A stretch of DNA of 64,000 nt, taken from Heterodontus francisci (taxonomy: Eukaryota). The position numbers and the translations under genes are program-made. Under the pieces are notes generated by a model. The model ran no database searches. It worked only from the letters and a program-made list of their open reading frames with translations, and was not told the origin of the DNA. The stretch spans positions 17,132,264-17,196,263 of the forward strand of contig NC_090384.1 in assembly GCF_036365525.1 (NCBI RefSeq), given 5' to 3'. Below are positions 50,485 through 62,772 of the stretch, in pieces (within the stretch, counting starts at the first letter, position 1; every line of letters begins with the position of its first letter).

Positions 50485-51555
50485 CTAATGCCCATCTTCC
50501 TCATCAGAAACGTCGTCATCATCTGATGACACATCGTGCTGACATTGATCATCCTCCAGGGCATCTCCATGTTCAATCGCCAGGTTATGCAAGGCACAGC
50601 AGATGACAATGATTCCGGAAAACCTTGACGGTGCGTACTGCAGTGATCCACCAGTGCGGTAAAGACACCTAAATCTCATCTTTAGGAAGCCTATAGTGTG
50701 CTCGATTGTCACTCTGGTGGCCGCATGGCTCCCGTTGTATCGTTCCTCCGCCTCACCCCTTGGGTTCCTCACTGGTGTCATGAGCCATGTCTTCAGAGGA
50801 TAACCCCTGTCGCCAAGTACCCATCCCTCCATTCTGTGTGGAAGACTGAAAATTGCAGGCACCTGTGAGTTGTGGAGAATGAAAGCATCATGACAACTAC
50901 CAGGGTAACGTGCACACACCTGCATGATTCGCCTCTGATGATCACAGATGAGCTGAATGTTCATTGAATGGAATCCCTTGCGGTTCATGAATGCCCCCGA
51001 CTGTACAGCTGGTGCTCTAAGGGCCACTTGAGTACAGTCTGTCACACCCTGTACCATTGGGAAGCCAGATATAATGCTGAAGCCTCTGGCTCTCTCAGCC
51101 TGACTGGTGTTGTCCGTCTTGAACGTGATGAAATGGTCAGCATGTTGAAACAATGCATCAGTCACAACCTTTATGCAATGGTGCGCTGCTGATTGTGAGA
51201 CACCGCACAAGTCTGCAGCTGAGGCTTGGAAGGAGCCAGACACATAGAAGTTAAGAGCTGCTGTGACCTTTAGAGCGACTGGCATTGGATGGCCAACGAG
51301 ACAGTTTGATACAACATCCACTGCGAGCATCTCACAAAGAGATGGTGCAGTCTCCCGTGACAGCCGCAGCCGTCTTCTGCACTGGCGTTCTGACAGCTGC
51401 AGGTAGTTCAGACGCATTCGGTATGCCCTTACTACTGGGTAGGCACATCTCCTGACAATTGGTTGCTCCCGGGCGACTCTGAGAACTACTCTCCCTCCAA
51501 CAGCACGAGGATGCAGCTTGCTGTACGTTCCCCTGACCATTTGTACTTCTGTCAC
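50485..51555 (-). CDS. Harbinger DDE transposase, 356-aa open frame
   Basis: all DDE motifs (TDCT, GDRGY, IEHTIG) in one frame; the probable native ATG (MGNEHSG-type acidic leader) lies upstream in a different frame. Confidence 0.85.
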   Translation of the reverse strand: MTEVQMVRGTYSKLHPRAVGGRVVLRVAREQPIVRRCAYPVVRAYRMRLNYLQLSERQCRRRLRLSRETAPSLCEMLAVDVVSNCLVGHPMPVALKVTAALNFYVSGSFQASAADLCGVSQSAAHHCIKVVTDALFQHADHFITFKTDNTSQAERARGFSIISGFPMVQGVTDCTQVALRAPAVQSGAFMNRKGFHSMNIQLICDHQRRIMQVCARYPGSCHDAFILHNSQVPAIFSLPHRMEGWVLGDRGYPLKTWLMTPVRNPRGEAEERYNGSHAATRVTIEHTIGFLKMRFRCLYRTGGSLQYAPSRFSGIIVICCALHNLAIEHGDALEDDQCQHDVSSDDDDVSDEEDGH

Positions 51556-53929
51556 TTATTGAATCACTGTCCTCCTCATCTGATGATCCACTTCCAGAAT
51601 GAACATTTCCCATTGTTGAACAGCAGAACAAATGCTTTGATCACAGGTAATAGCTTCCAGCTTTTGTGACTGGCTCACTTCAGGTACTTCCTTCAGGCAA
51701 TAACTAATATTACGTGGGTCCCTATCAGCAGTGCATAACATTCAGATTAAACCTTCTGCACAACCTGCAAGTTACAACCCTTTTTAGGGCACACAAATAA
51801 TATCAGCATTCATAAATTTCAATAAATTCATTTTTACCTCCAAATCACTCATAACTCAATGCCTGCTGCTCTTTTGAACCTGCCGGGTTCCCGACATGCC
51901 CCACGACCCGATTATCGGCCGTAAAATCAGATACATAGCGTAAAATCTCTGTCAATTGGATTCTGAATTTCCTTCAGTACTTCTCAATTGATGTTAGTCG
52001 GGCGGCGAGCACAAACTCGATCGCGGCCGACTTCCCACGCTGGTTAAATTGCGTCAGCGCGTAATGACGCCGGGGACCCAGCCCGACATCATCGCACGCC
52101 AATTTTCCCTCCGCATGACCCCGACGGGACCCGATTCGGAACAGTAAAATTCCGGCCAATTTGTCAAGAAATCAAACATGCACTTCATTACATTCTGCAG
52201 GACATGAGCTGAGACAGAGGAATAGTTGAGTGACGTTATCGAGGTGGAGGGAAAATGTCTTGGTGATGGAGGACAAGTGGACGTAGTTACATTATTGGAA
52301 AAAATTCCGAGGGACAGTATAAACCATCACTTAGAAAGACACAGATTAGAAAAGGAGAGTCAGTGTGGATTCATTAAGGGAAGAAGGCAGCTGATAAATT
52401 GATTGAATTATTTGTGGAGGTAACAAGGATGGTCGAAGAGAGAGTCGTGTTTGATACAGTCTGCATAGACTTGAGGAAGGTTTTTGACAAGGTTTCATGT
52501 TGCAGATTGAGCAGGAAAGTAAGAGCCCAAAGGATCTAAGCACAAGTGGCAAGTTGGATCCAAAACTGGCTCAGTGACCGGAAGCAAAGTGTAATGGTAG
52601 ATAGTTGTTTTTGTGACCTGTTTGCAGTGGTTTTCCACAGCGCTCAGTACAAGGTCCCTCAATTTCCAGAATTTATAGCAATGATTCAGACTTAAATGTA
52701 AGGGACATGATTGAGTTTGCAGATGATACAGAAATTGATTGTGTGGTTGCTAATGAGAAGAAAGCTGTGGAATGTAAAAAGACAACAACGGACTGGTCAG
52801 GGTGTCTTCAACCATTACTTCTGCTGAACGATACATCATAATTTGAAATGAATGCTGAATATGAGAAACATAGAATGGTTGCAGCACTGAAAGTGACCAT
52901 TCAGCCCATTGAGCCTTTCCCAGCTCTCTGAAAGAGCAATATCGCTTGTCCCACTCCCCTGCCCTTTCCCTATAGTCGTGCAATTCATTTTCCTTTCAAC
53001 TGCTTATCCAATTTCCTTTTGAAGTCCATGATTGAATGTGGACCACCCTTTCAGGCAGTGCATCACTTCGAGCTTCTGTACGTTAATTTTCATCTGCCAC
53101 GTATCTGCCCATTCCACCCGACTATGTCTCTTGAGGTCTATCACTCTCCTCGCTGTTCACTTTAAAGATTCTGTGTCATCTGCAGGTTTTGAAATTATAT
53201 CCTGTACACCCAAGTCTGAGTTGTAAATATATATCTATTATATATATCTATTATATATATTGTATATATTGAGATGAGTAAAGTCCAATGTATGCGAAAG
53301 GTCTTCCAAACACTTGGAAATCACCTGTGAAATAGTATAATTAGACTGTGGAAACAATTGTTGGGAGCACAAACCGTTCACAAAAACTAACCAGCAACGA
53401 TGCAATTTCACAATTTAAAGACTTTCAAGCCAGTCAGTTTCATTGAACAGTAGCTCCTCTCTGTGTTCTCGCCTGTTGACCCTGGTGAATTTCACACAGC
53501 TCAGGAAAGACATGTGCTGGCTGGTAATGCCAGAATCTTAAATTAAATCCACAACCTGACCTCCAGCATTTTTCAGGGCCTTAACCCTATCCCCCACCTG
53601 CACCCAAACCCATTGTTCTCCGCCATTCCCGACAGTTAATATTCTGCCACTATCTCAATCAATTAAACTTCTCCATACTTAGAATTTTGGTTACCAGTTT
53701 ATTGGGAGTTTTTGTTGAAAATATATTGTTTATTGTACAGCTGTTGAAGTTGCAGTTGATGTTGTTGCTGGAAAGAACACAGTTAATGTTGTGAATATGC
53801 AGTCTGGAAAATCATCCCATTATCCTTTAATGCAGAATATCAGTTGTCACGTTATCAAACATGCAGGTTTCATTCATTGCACACATTTTTACTGAAATTA
53901 TTGTTAGAACAGCACAGTTTTTTTCATAC

Positions 53930-53959
53930 CTGTTGCTGAAGTTGCAGTTGTTGTCGATG
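53930..53959 (-). CDS. Thr/Ser micro-exon (copy of 21688..21717)
   Basis: same sequence and splice sites. Confidence 0.72.
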
Positions 53960-54751
53960 CTGGAATGGATAAAATTCATGATATGAGTGTGGAGTGTATA
54001 AAATCATCGCATCTTTTTTAAAAGCAGTATACCAGTTGTTAAGTGATGAACTATGCGTATCCCATAACCCGCCGTCCTATTTCGAAGGGATTACTAATTT
54101 CTGTCCCCATTCTTCCACCAGAAATGCAATCACATGAAAATTATGGAGCCCAATGTTAACTGGATATTAATTGTATTATATTGTGAGCAGGTGGTGGGCA
54201 TTAATTGGGGTTTCCCTTGATCATATATAAAGACATATTGAATGTAGTTTGTGTGTGATTGAGTTAGGAGGTATATGCTTGTAATGTTTAACTTTGTAAA
54301 TAAATGTAAGACAGAATATAGATTGGATCCAGTATTATCCTTGATCAACTGGCTTTCAAAACAATAATATGGTAGCAGAGGATGGCTGCATAAAGGTTAA
54401 AACTACAATCATAATAGTCACTGTGATAAATGGCAGAAAGCAAGTGTAAATTGTTGAGGTGTGATTACACTCCGATGTTCTCGGAGTCTGAACCATATGG
54501 CCAGCGGAAGAATGTCGTAGATATGTGGACACGGGATACGTCCCGACAAAGCGGAAACAAGGTATGGCCTTGGCATTGTTGCTTCCTGCCAGATGTAAAA
54601 ACAGAAATAAAGTATTTTGTGTAATGAATGCCCATTAGTTCAAAATGAATGAAGGTTTAGATCTTCAACTGGAGTTCTTGGATGTCATTTACAAGAAAGA
54701 TGATCTATTAAAGGCATGTTCAGACTTTGATAGATTTAGGAAAATGGATGG

Positions 54752-56867
54752 TGTCATGCAAGCCCCCACCTACCAAGTATGAGACACATTAATTTCACCA
54801 CATGGACATTAAATTTCAAATTGCTGCTGGGAAGACGAGAAGGGCAGTGACAAGGGGTTTCCAGGCCCCTGGCTGGAGAGACATTTTTGAATATTAACAG
54901 ACAGTGCTTGTCGACAAAGGAGCGATTCCCTGCTCTAATTCAATCCACAAACAGACGTGGTCAGACCAGTTAGTCACATGACTAACTGGCTGTTGCAGAG
55001 TTTGAACTGAGTCTGCGGAAAGCATAATTCTCCTGGACTGAAGCAGACCTCCTCTCCTGTCTGCCTGCTCCCATCTTTTTCTCACAAGCCTTTGAACCCC
55101 ACGAGAAAAAAGACTCCTATCGTGAACAAGTTATAAGAAGAATACTGGGCCCCAATGAATAGCGACATCTACCTACAATTGAGGACTCTATAGTGAGCTC
55201 GAAGACATGTAACAAAAGATATTACCTCAAACTATTCCACTTTATTTTTCTTCTGCGCTTTTCTGTCCATATCTGCATGTGTGTTTCGCGTATGCATGCG
55301 AGCGTGGACCCAGAGCGGGTACTGGAGCAAAAATACAACTGGAAGAAAGGAAACTTGATTGATAAGAAAGAGAAAGAGAGAGACAGGAGAGGGACAAAGA
55401 GAGAGCCTTCCAGAAGGAACGTGAAGAAAATGAAAGGCCGGAGAGAGAGAGAGAGAAAGAAGATTCCAGAAATAATGCGAAGAAAGAGAGTTGAAGCGGC
55501 TTGAGTTATCGAGGGGGCAAGATAGTAACCCCAGTGAAAGCATGGCCAAAATGAAGGAGCGTAATTCAGGGCTGGGTACAGAATTGTTAAAACTAGCTCA
55601 TCTAATCCAAAAATTCAATGAGGAAGATGTGCAGGCAATTACTGCATACTTTGAGAAACTGGTAAGGCAACGAAAATGGCCAGCTGAGGCCTGGTCTCTT
55701 TTACTACAAAGCAAGCAACCTGGAAAAGCCCATGAGGTCTATTCCCTGTTGCCAGATGAGACTTCATCAAATTATGAACTGAACAAAAATGCTATCATCA
55801 AGGCATATGAAGTAGCACCTGCAGCCTATTGCCAAAAGAACCCTCAAGCAGCAAGTGAATCAAAGTTATCTGGAGTTTGAAAGAAGTAAGTAGTTGGCTT
55901 TTGACCAGTGGCTGAGGGCTCTTAAAGTACAGCTCCGCTATGGGAATCTCAAGGAAGTTGTTCTGTTAAAGGATATTAAAAACTCTCTCCCACTCTCCAT
56001 AAAGACCCATGTAGAGGAGCAGCATGTTCAGAGAGCCCAGCAAGTGGCCGTTCTGGCCGATGAGTTTTCTTTAATTTATAAGTCGGTTTCTCAGGGGAGA
56101 ACCTTTCTCAGTCACACCCACAAATCAGAAAAGGACAAAGAGCAAGAAGGTGATAGAAGTCCTGGGAGAAAACAGAAAGCAGGAGACACAGGGCACGCTC
56201 TAAAAAGGAAGGTGCTGTGAGCAAGAGTGAGACCTGGAAACCCATCTGCTTCCATTGTAACAAAGCAGGGCATTTAAAATCTGAATGCTGGAAACTGAAG
56301 GGAAAAGTGGTTGGATTGATCAGGGCACACCTACTCGGTGAAGACGGGACCCTGATGGAAAACACAGCCGAACAAGCTATGGCTTTAACTGTAGTAAGAG
56401 TGAGACCCAGGAAGATTACTAGTGCAATTGCAGGAAAAATTATGAGGATTCCTGAAGGTTCTCAGGGTTTTGTGTTTGAAGGGAACGTAACCCAATGCCC
56501 CTCGAGTGGGGCAAACAAGACCTTGGTAATTCTCAGGGACACAGGGGCCACTAGATCTGTTTAACTTGGAAAAGGCCTCACCCTTTCCCCGGAGAGTGCA
56601 GTGAACACCAAAATGGTGGTGAATGGTATTGGAGGAATGTATATGCCTGAACCTATCCACCGGGTGCACCTGCAGTATGACCTAGTTTCGAGACCGGTGA
56701 ACATAGTGATTGTGCCTGGTTTGCCTGTGGATGGGGCTGACCTGCTCCTAGGTAATGATCTGGCGACCGTGAAATTGGCAGCCCCCACAGTAGTGAAAGA
56801 AAGACCGCAGAAAGCCAGACACCTCCAGTTTCCCTGAATGTGTAGTGGATCAGGCCATGATCAAACT
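54752..56867 (+). mobile_element. Gypsy remnant (unit-2 copy)
   Basis: same ORF fragments at offset 32242. Confidence 0.88.
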
Positions 56868-58032
56868 AGCTCCAGTTTCCCAGGGTAGCGTCCTAGGCCC
56901 AACCATCTTCAGCTGCTTCATCAATGACCTACCTTCCATCATAACATCAGAAGTGTGGATGTTCGCTAATGATTGCACAATGTTCAGCACCATTCATGAC
57001 TCCTCAGATTTTTTTTTATTCATTCATGGGATGTGGGTGCCACTGGCCAGGCTAGCATTTATTGCATATCCCAAATTGCCCTTGAGAAGGTGGTGGTGAG
57101 CTGCCTTCTTTAACCGCTGCAGTCCGTGTGTGGTACGTACATCGACAGTGCTGTTAGGAAGGTAGGTCCAGGATTTTAACCCAGCGACAGTGAAGGAACG
57201 GCAATATAGTTCCATGTCAGGATGGTGTGTAACTTGGAGGGGAACTTGCAGGTGGTGGTGTTCCCATGCATTTGCTGCCCTTGTCCTTCTAGTTGGTAGA
57301 GGCCACAGGTTTGGAAGGTGCTGTCTAAGTAGCCTTGGTGCATTGCTGCAGTGCATCTTGTAGATGGTACACACTGCTGGCACTCTGCATCAGTGGTCGA
57401 GTGAGTGAATGTTTGTAGATGTGGTGCCAATCAAGCAAGTTGCTTTGTCCTGGATGGTGTCGAGCTTCTTGAGTGTTGTTGGAGCTGCACCCATCCAGGC
57501 AAGTGGAGAGTATTCCATCACACTCCTGGCTTGTGCCTTGTAGATGGTGGACAGGCTTTGGGGAGTCAGGAGGTGAGTTACTTGCCTCAGGATTCTTAGC
57601 CTGCTCTTGTAGCCACGGTATTTATATAGCTACTCCAGTTCAGTTTCTGATCAATGGTAGTCCCTAGCATGTTGATAGTGGGGGATTCAGCGATGGTAAT
57701 GCCATTGAATGTCAAGGGGAGATGGTTAGATTCCCTCTTTTTGGAGATGGTCATTGCCTGGCACTTGTGTGGCATGAATGTTACTTGCCATTTATCAGCC
57801 CAAGCCTGGATATTGTGCAGGTCTTGCTGCATTTCTACATGGACTGCTTCAGTATCTGAGGAGTCACGAATGGTGCTGAACATTGTGCAATCATCAGTGA
57901 ACATCCCCACTTCTGACCTTATGAATGAAGGAAGGTCATTGATGAAGCAGCTGAAGATGTTTGGGCCTAGGACACTACCCTGAGGACCTCCTGCAGTGAT
58001 GTTCTGGAGCTCAGATGATTGACCTCCAACAA

Positions 58033-58385
58033 CCAAGTGGCGCAGTGGTTAGCACCGCAGCCTCACAGCTCCAGGGACCCGGGTTCGATTCCGGGTACTG
58101 CCTGTGTGGAGTTTGCAAGTTCTCCCTGTGTCTGCGTGGGTTTTCTCCGGGTGCTCCGGTTTCCTCCCACAAGCCAAAAGACTTGCAGGTTGATAGGTAA
58201 ATTGGCCATTATAAATTGTCACTAGTATAGGTAGGTGGTAGGGAAATATAGGGGCAGGTGGGGATGTTTGGTAGGAATATGGGATTAGTGTAGGATTAGT
58301 ATAAATGGGTGGTTGATGTTCGGCACAGACTCGGTGGGCCGAAGGGCCTGTTTCAGTGCTGTATCTCTAATCTAATCTAATCTAA
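58033..58385 (+). mobile_element. V-SINE (unit-2 copy; B box GGTTCGATTCC is consensus)
   Basis: as above. Confidence 0.9.
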
Positions 58386-59574
58386 CCACAACCATCATCC
58401 TTTGCACTAGGTATGACTCCAGCCATCGGAGGGTTTTCCCCTGATTCCCATTGACCTCAGTTTTGCTAGGGCTCCTTGATGCCATCCTCGGTAAAATGCT
58501 GCCTTGATGTCAAGTGCAGTCAATCTCACTTCACCTCTTGAGTTCAGCTCTTTTGTCCATGTTTGAACCAAGGCTGTAATGAGGTCAGAAGCTGAGAGGC
58601 CCTGGCGGAACCCAAATTGAGCATCACTGAGCAGGTTATTGCTAAGCAAGTCCCGCTTGATGGCAGTATTGATGATGACACCTTCCATCACTTTACTGAT
58701 GATTGAGAGTAGGCTGATGGGGTGGTAATTGGCCGGGTTGGGCTTGTCCTGTTTTTTGTGTATGGGACGTACCTGGGCAATGTTCCACATTGCAGGATAG
58801 ATGCCAGTGTTGTAGCGGTACTGGAACAGCTTCGCTAGGGGCGCAGAATGTTCTGGAGCACAGGTCTTCATTACTATTGCCTGAATATTGTCATGGCCCA
58901 AAGCCTTTGCAGTATCCAGTGCCTTCTGTCGTTTCTTAATATCATGCGGAGTGAATCGATTTGGCTGAAGTCTGGCATCAGTGATGCTGGGTCTTCAGAA
59001 GGAGTCCGAGATGGATCGTCAACCCGGCACTTCTGGCTGAAGATTGTTGCAAATGCTTCAGAGTTATCTTTTGCACTGATGTGCTGGGCTCCCCCATCAT
59101 TGAGGATGGGGATATTTGTGGAGCCACCTCCTCCAGTTAGTTGTTTAATTGTCCACCACCATTCACAGCTGGATGTGGCAGGACTGCAGAGCTTAGATCT
59201 GATCCATTGGTTATGGGATCGCTTAGCTCTGTCTATCGCATGCTGCTTACGCAGTTTGGCACGCAGATTGTCCTGTGTTGTAGCTTCCCCAGGTTGACAC
59301 CGCATTTTTAGGTATGCCGGGTGCTGCTCCTGGCATGCCCTCCTGCACTCTTCATTGAACCAGGGGTGGTCTCCTGGCTTGATGGTAATGGTAGAGTGGG
59401 GGATATTGCAGGCCATGAGGTTACAGATGGTGGTTGAGTACAATTCTGCTGTTGCTGATGACCCACAGCGCCTCATGGATGCCCAGTTTTGCATTGCTAG
59501 ACCTGTTTGAAATCTATCCCATTTAGCATGGTGGTAGTGCCACACAACACGATGGAGGGTATCCTCAATGTGAA

Positions 59575-59820
59575 GGCAGAGACCAGAATCACAAAGATGA
59601 TGTGCTGAAAGTGATCGCCCAAACCAGCAGCATGGGTGCAAAACAGAGCAAAATTATTCTGGACGAGCTGAAAAGCCAATGAGACAAACAGAAAGCCAAA
59701 GGTCAGGCTCAGGTATGGATTGTGACTCATTACCTGCTTCAGGCCTGTTAGATATGCAACAATGAAATGATCTTTAGGATCAAAGCAACCTGTGTGCTCC
59801 TTTACTCCAAGTAACAGAAT
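59575..59820 (-). pseudogene. MFSD2: MFSD2-family mRNA fragment (unit-2 copy)
   Basis: identical translation. Confidence 0.8.
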
Positions 59821-62772
59821 CGTCTCCACAAGGGCTGTGCGGTGGTTACTCCTACCAATACTGTCATGGACAGATGCATCTGCGGCAGGCAGATTGGTGA
59901 GGACGAGGTCAAGTATGTTTTCCCCTCGTGTTGGTTCCCTCGCCACCTGCCGCATACCCAGTCTAGCAGCTATGTCCTTTAGGACTCGGCCAGCTCGGTC
60001 AGTAGTGGGTGCTACCGAGCCACTCTTGGTGATGGACATTGGAGTCCCCCACCATTGCTTCCTCCAAGTGCTGATCAACATGGAGGAATACTGAGTCATC
60101 AGCTGAAGGAGCGCGGTAGGTGGTAATCAGCAGGATGTTTCCTTCTCCATGTTTGATCTGATGCCATGAGACTTCATGGGGTCCAGAGTCGATGTTGAGG
60201 ACTCCCAGGGCAACTCCCTCCCTACTGTATACCACTGTGCCGGTGGGGCAGGACATATCCAGGGATGGTGATGGCAGTGTCTGGGACATTGTCTGTCAGG
60301 TATGATTCTGTGAGTATGACTATGTCAGGCTGTTGCTTGACTAGTCTGTGGGACAGCTCTCCCAACTTTGGCACAGGCCCCCAGACCCGTTATTGTTTCT
60401 GGTGCCTCGGTCGATGCGGGTGGTCCATCCGGTTTCATTCCCTTTTATTGACTTCATAGTGGTTAGATACAACTGAGTGGCTTGTTACGCCATTTCAGAG
60501 GGCATGTAAGAGTCAACCACATTGCTGTGGGTCTGGAGTCACATGTCGGCCAGACCAGGGAAGAACAGCAGATTTCCTTCCCTAAAGGGCATGAGTGAAC
60601 CAGATGGGTATTTACAACAATGGTTTCATGGCCATCATTAGACTAGCTTTTTAATTCCAAATTTATTAATTGAATTCAAATTCCACCTTCTGCTGTGGTG
60701 GGATTTGAACCCATGTCCCCAGAGCTATACCCTGGGTCTTTGGGTTCCAAGTCCAGTGACAATACCACTACGCCACCACCTCCCCCTGTGGCAAGGAATA
60801 TTTGCGCCAAACAAGGACCAAGCAATAACCATCTCAAATAAGAGAGAATGTAACCATCTCCCTTTGATACTCAATGGCATTACCATTGTGGAAACCCCCA
60901 CTATCAACAGCCTGGGGGGTACCATTGACCAGAAACGTCACTAGACCAGCCATATAAATACTGTGACTACAAGAGCACATTAGAGGCTGGGAATTCTGTG
61001 ACAATTAACTCACCTCCTGACTCCCCAAAGCCTGTTCATTATCTACAAGGCACAAGTCAGGAGTGTGATGGAATACTGTCCAATTGCTTGGATAAGTGCA
61101 GTTTAAATAACACTCAAGAAGCTTGACGCCATCCAGGACAAAGCAGCCCGCTTGACCTGCACCCCATCTCCCACATTAAACATTCACTCCCTCCACCACT
61201 GGTGCACAGTGACAGCCGTGTGTACAATCGATAAGATGCACTGCAACAACTCACCAAGCCTCCTTATACTGCATCTTTCAATCCCACTACCTCTACCACC
61301 TCGACAGATAAGGGCAACAGTCACAGGGGAACAACACCACCACCTGCAAGTTCCCCTCCAAGCCACAGACCATCCTAACTTGGAACTGTATGGCTGTTCC
61401 TTTGCTGCTGCTGGGTCAAAGATTTGGAACTTCCTTTCGAACATAACTGTGGGTGTCCCTACAACCACTTGGACTGCAGCGGTTCAAGAAAGCGGCTCAC
61501 CCCCAACTTCTCAATTGCAATTGGGGATGCACAACAAATGCTGGCTTTGCCAGTGACACACTCATCCCATGGAAAAAATTAAAAAATCAAGGTGAGTAAA
61601 ATCCAAGGTCAGTGAAAAGACTTCCAGAAAGTTGGAAATCACCCATGAAGCAGAGTAATCAGGCTCTCAGAACAAGTGCTGTAAACGCTTTAATAAACCT
61701 GAATCTATGATGAACTGTCTACGATTCTTTAACAAAATCCATGCTGCATTTGCAGTTTTAATAACTGTCGGGGAAGACAAAGTAAAAAATTATTGTGTTT
61801 CCATGAACATGTTTTTGTCATTAACTGATTTTTGTTTTGCTGCGAATTGGATTAAAGGGCAAGTTTTACAAGAATGTCAAAGATCAGTAACTGCAATGTG
61901 CATCGTTTACTATCCAGTTTGAGGGCAGATAACCTGTGTGGCTAATGTCACTTGAAAGTCGTCTGCATCCTATTGCATTAAAGGTACATCTTTGATAACA
62001 GGTAAGAGATTTGGCTTGGACATAAATTGCTTAATCTTGAGTACAATCTTACAGATGGTGACTAAACATTTTGTAACTGAATAATACACGCAGTAGGAAT
62101 TTCTCAAATCTTTGCAGAAAAGCTTTTTGTTAATAATTGTCCTGTCAGAGCTCAATCAGAATTAACAGTGATGGACTGAGTTATAGACATAAGTGAATTT
62201 AAGAGAATAGCTTTAGTGGAGGAACTGAAGGGCGCTCTTTATTTTTAATTGTGTTCATCTAATTTTGTCACTAGCTTTGGTGAGTAAATGACATTTTATT
62301 TTAGAATCCAGGACCTAGTTTACTAGTCTTGGCTACCGACTGTTAGTCTTTTTGTCCCTTCCTGACCCACTGTGCTTTTCTGTTTTACATGACTCTTCTG
62401 AAGTGCCATCTGCTCCAACCTATAAAATTCTCCTGATCTGGAGATCACTGCCTTTTTGTTGGCTGCCCTGCATATTACAGGCAGTTGGAGAAAGTGCACA
62501 AGCATTGACCATCACGGGTTAAATTAGCTTGTGACAATAGCAGTGTGAGAAATGCTCTGTCATCCTATTGCTGAATTTTTACTGCCTCGCCTCAATAACC
62601 ACAATAACAATCCTCTCCTTCAGTCTTATGGTTTATTGGATGAATTTGCACTCCTGATACAGTGTGAATCCACAGAGGTTATCCAATAAGGTCCATCTAC
62701 CACCCTGTGACATGCTGTAGCTAGCTCTATTCTTTAAACAAACGTAATTCAAGTAATGTAGTAATGTAATGT

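Larger units (their letters stand above)
47925..52157. mobile_element. full-length Harbinger transposon (unit-2 copy)
   Basis: same TIRs and gene layout. Confidence 0.93.
57010..60787 (-). mobile_element. same LINE (unit-2 copy)
   Basis: same ORF fragments at offset 32242. Confidence 0.9.

Noticed and set aside
50485-51555. Host HARBI1 gene
   Set aside because: Lies within TIRs next to a Myb partner gene, so it is a transposon copy rather than the domesticated gene.
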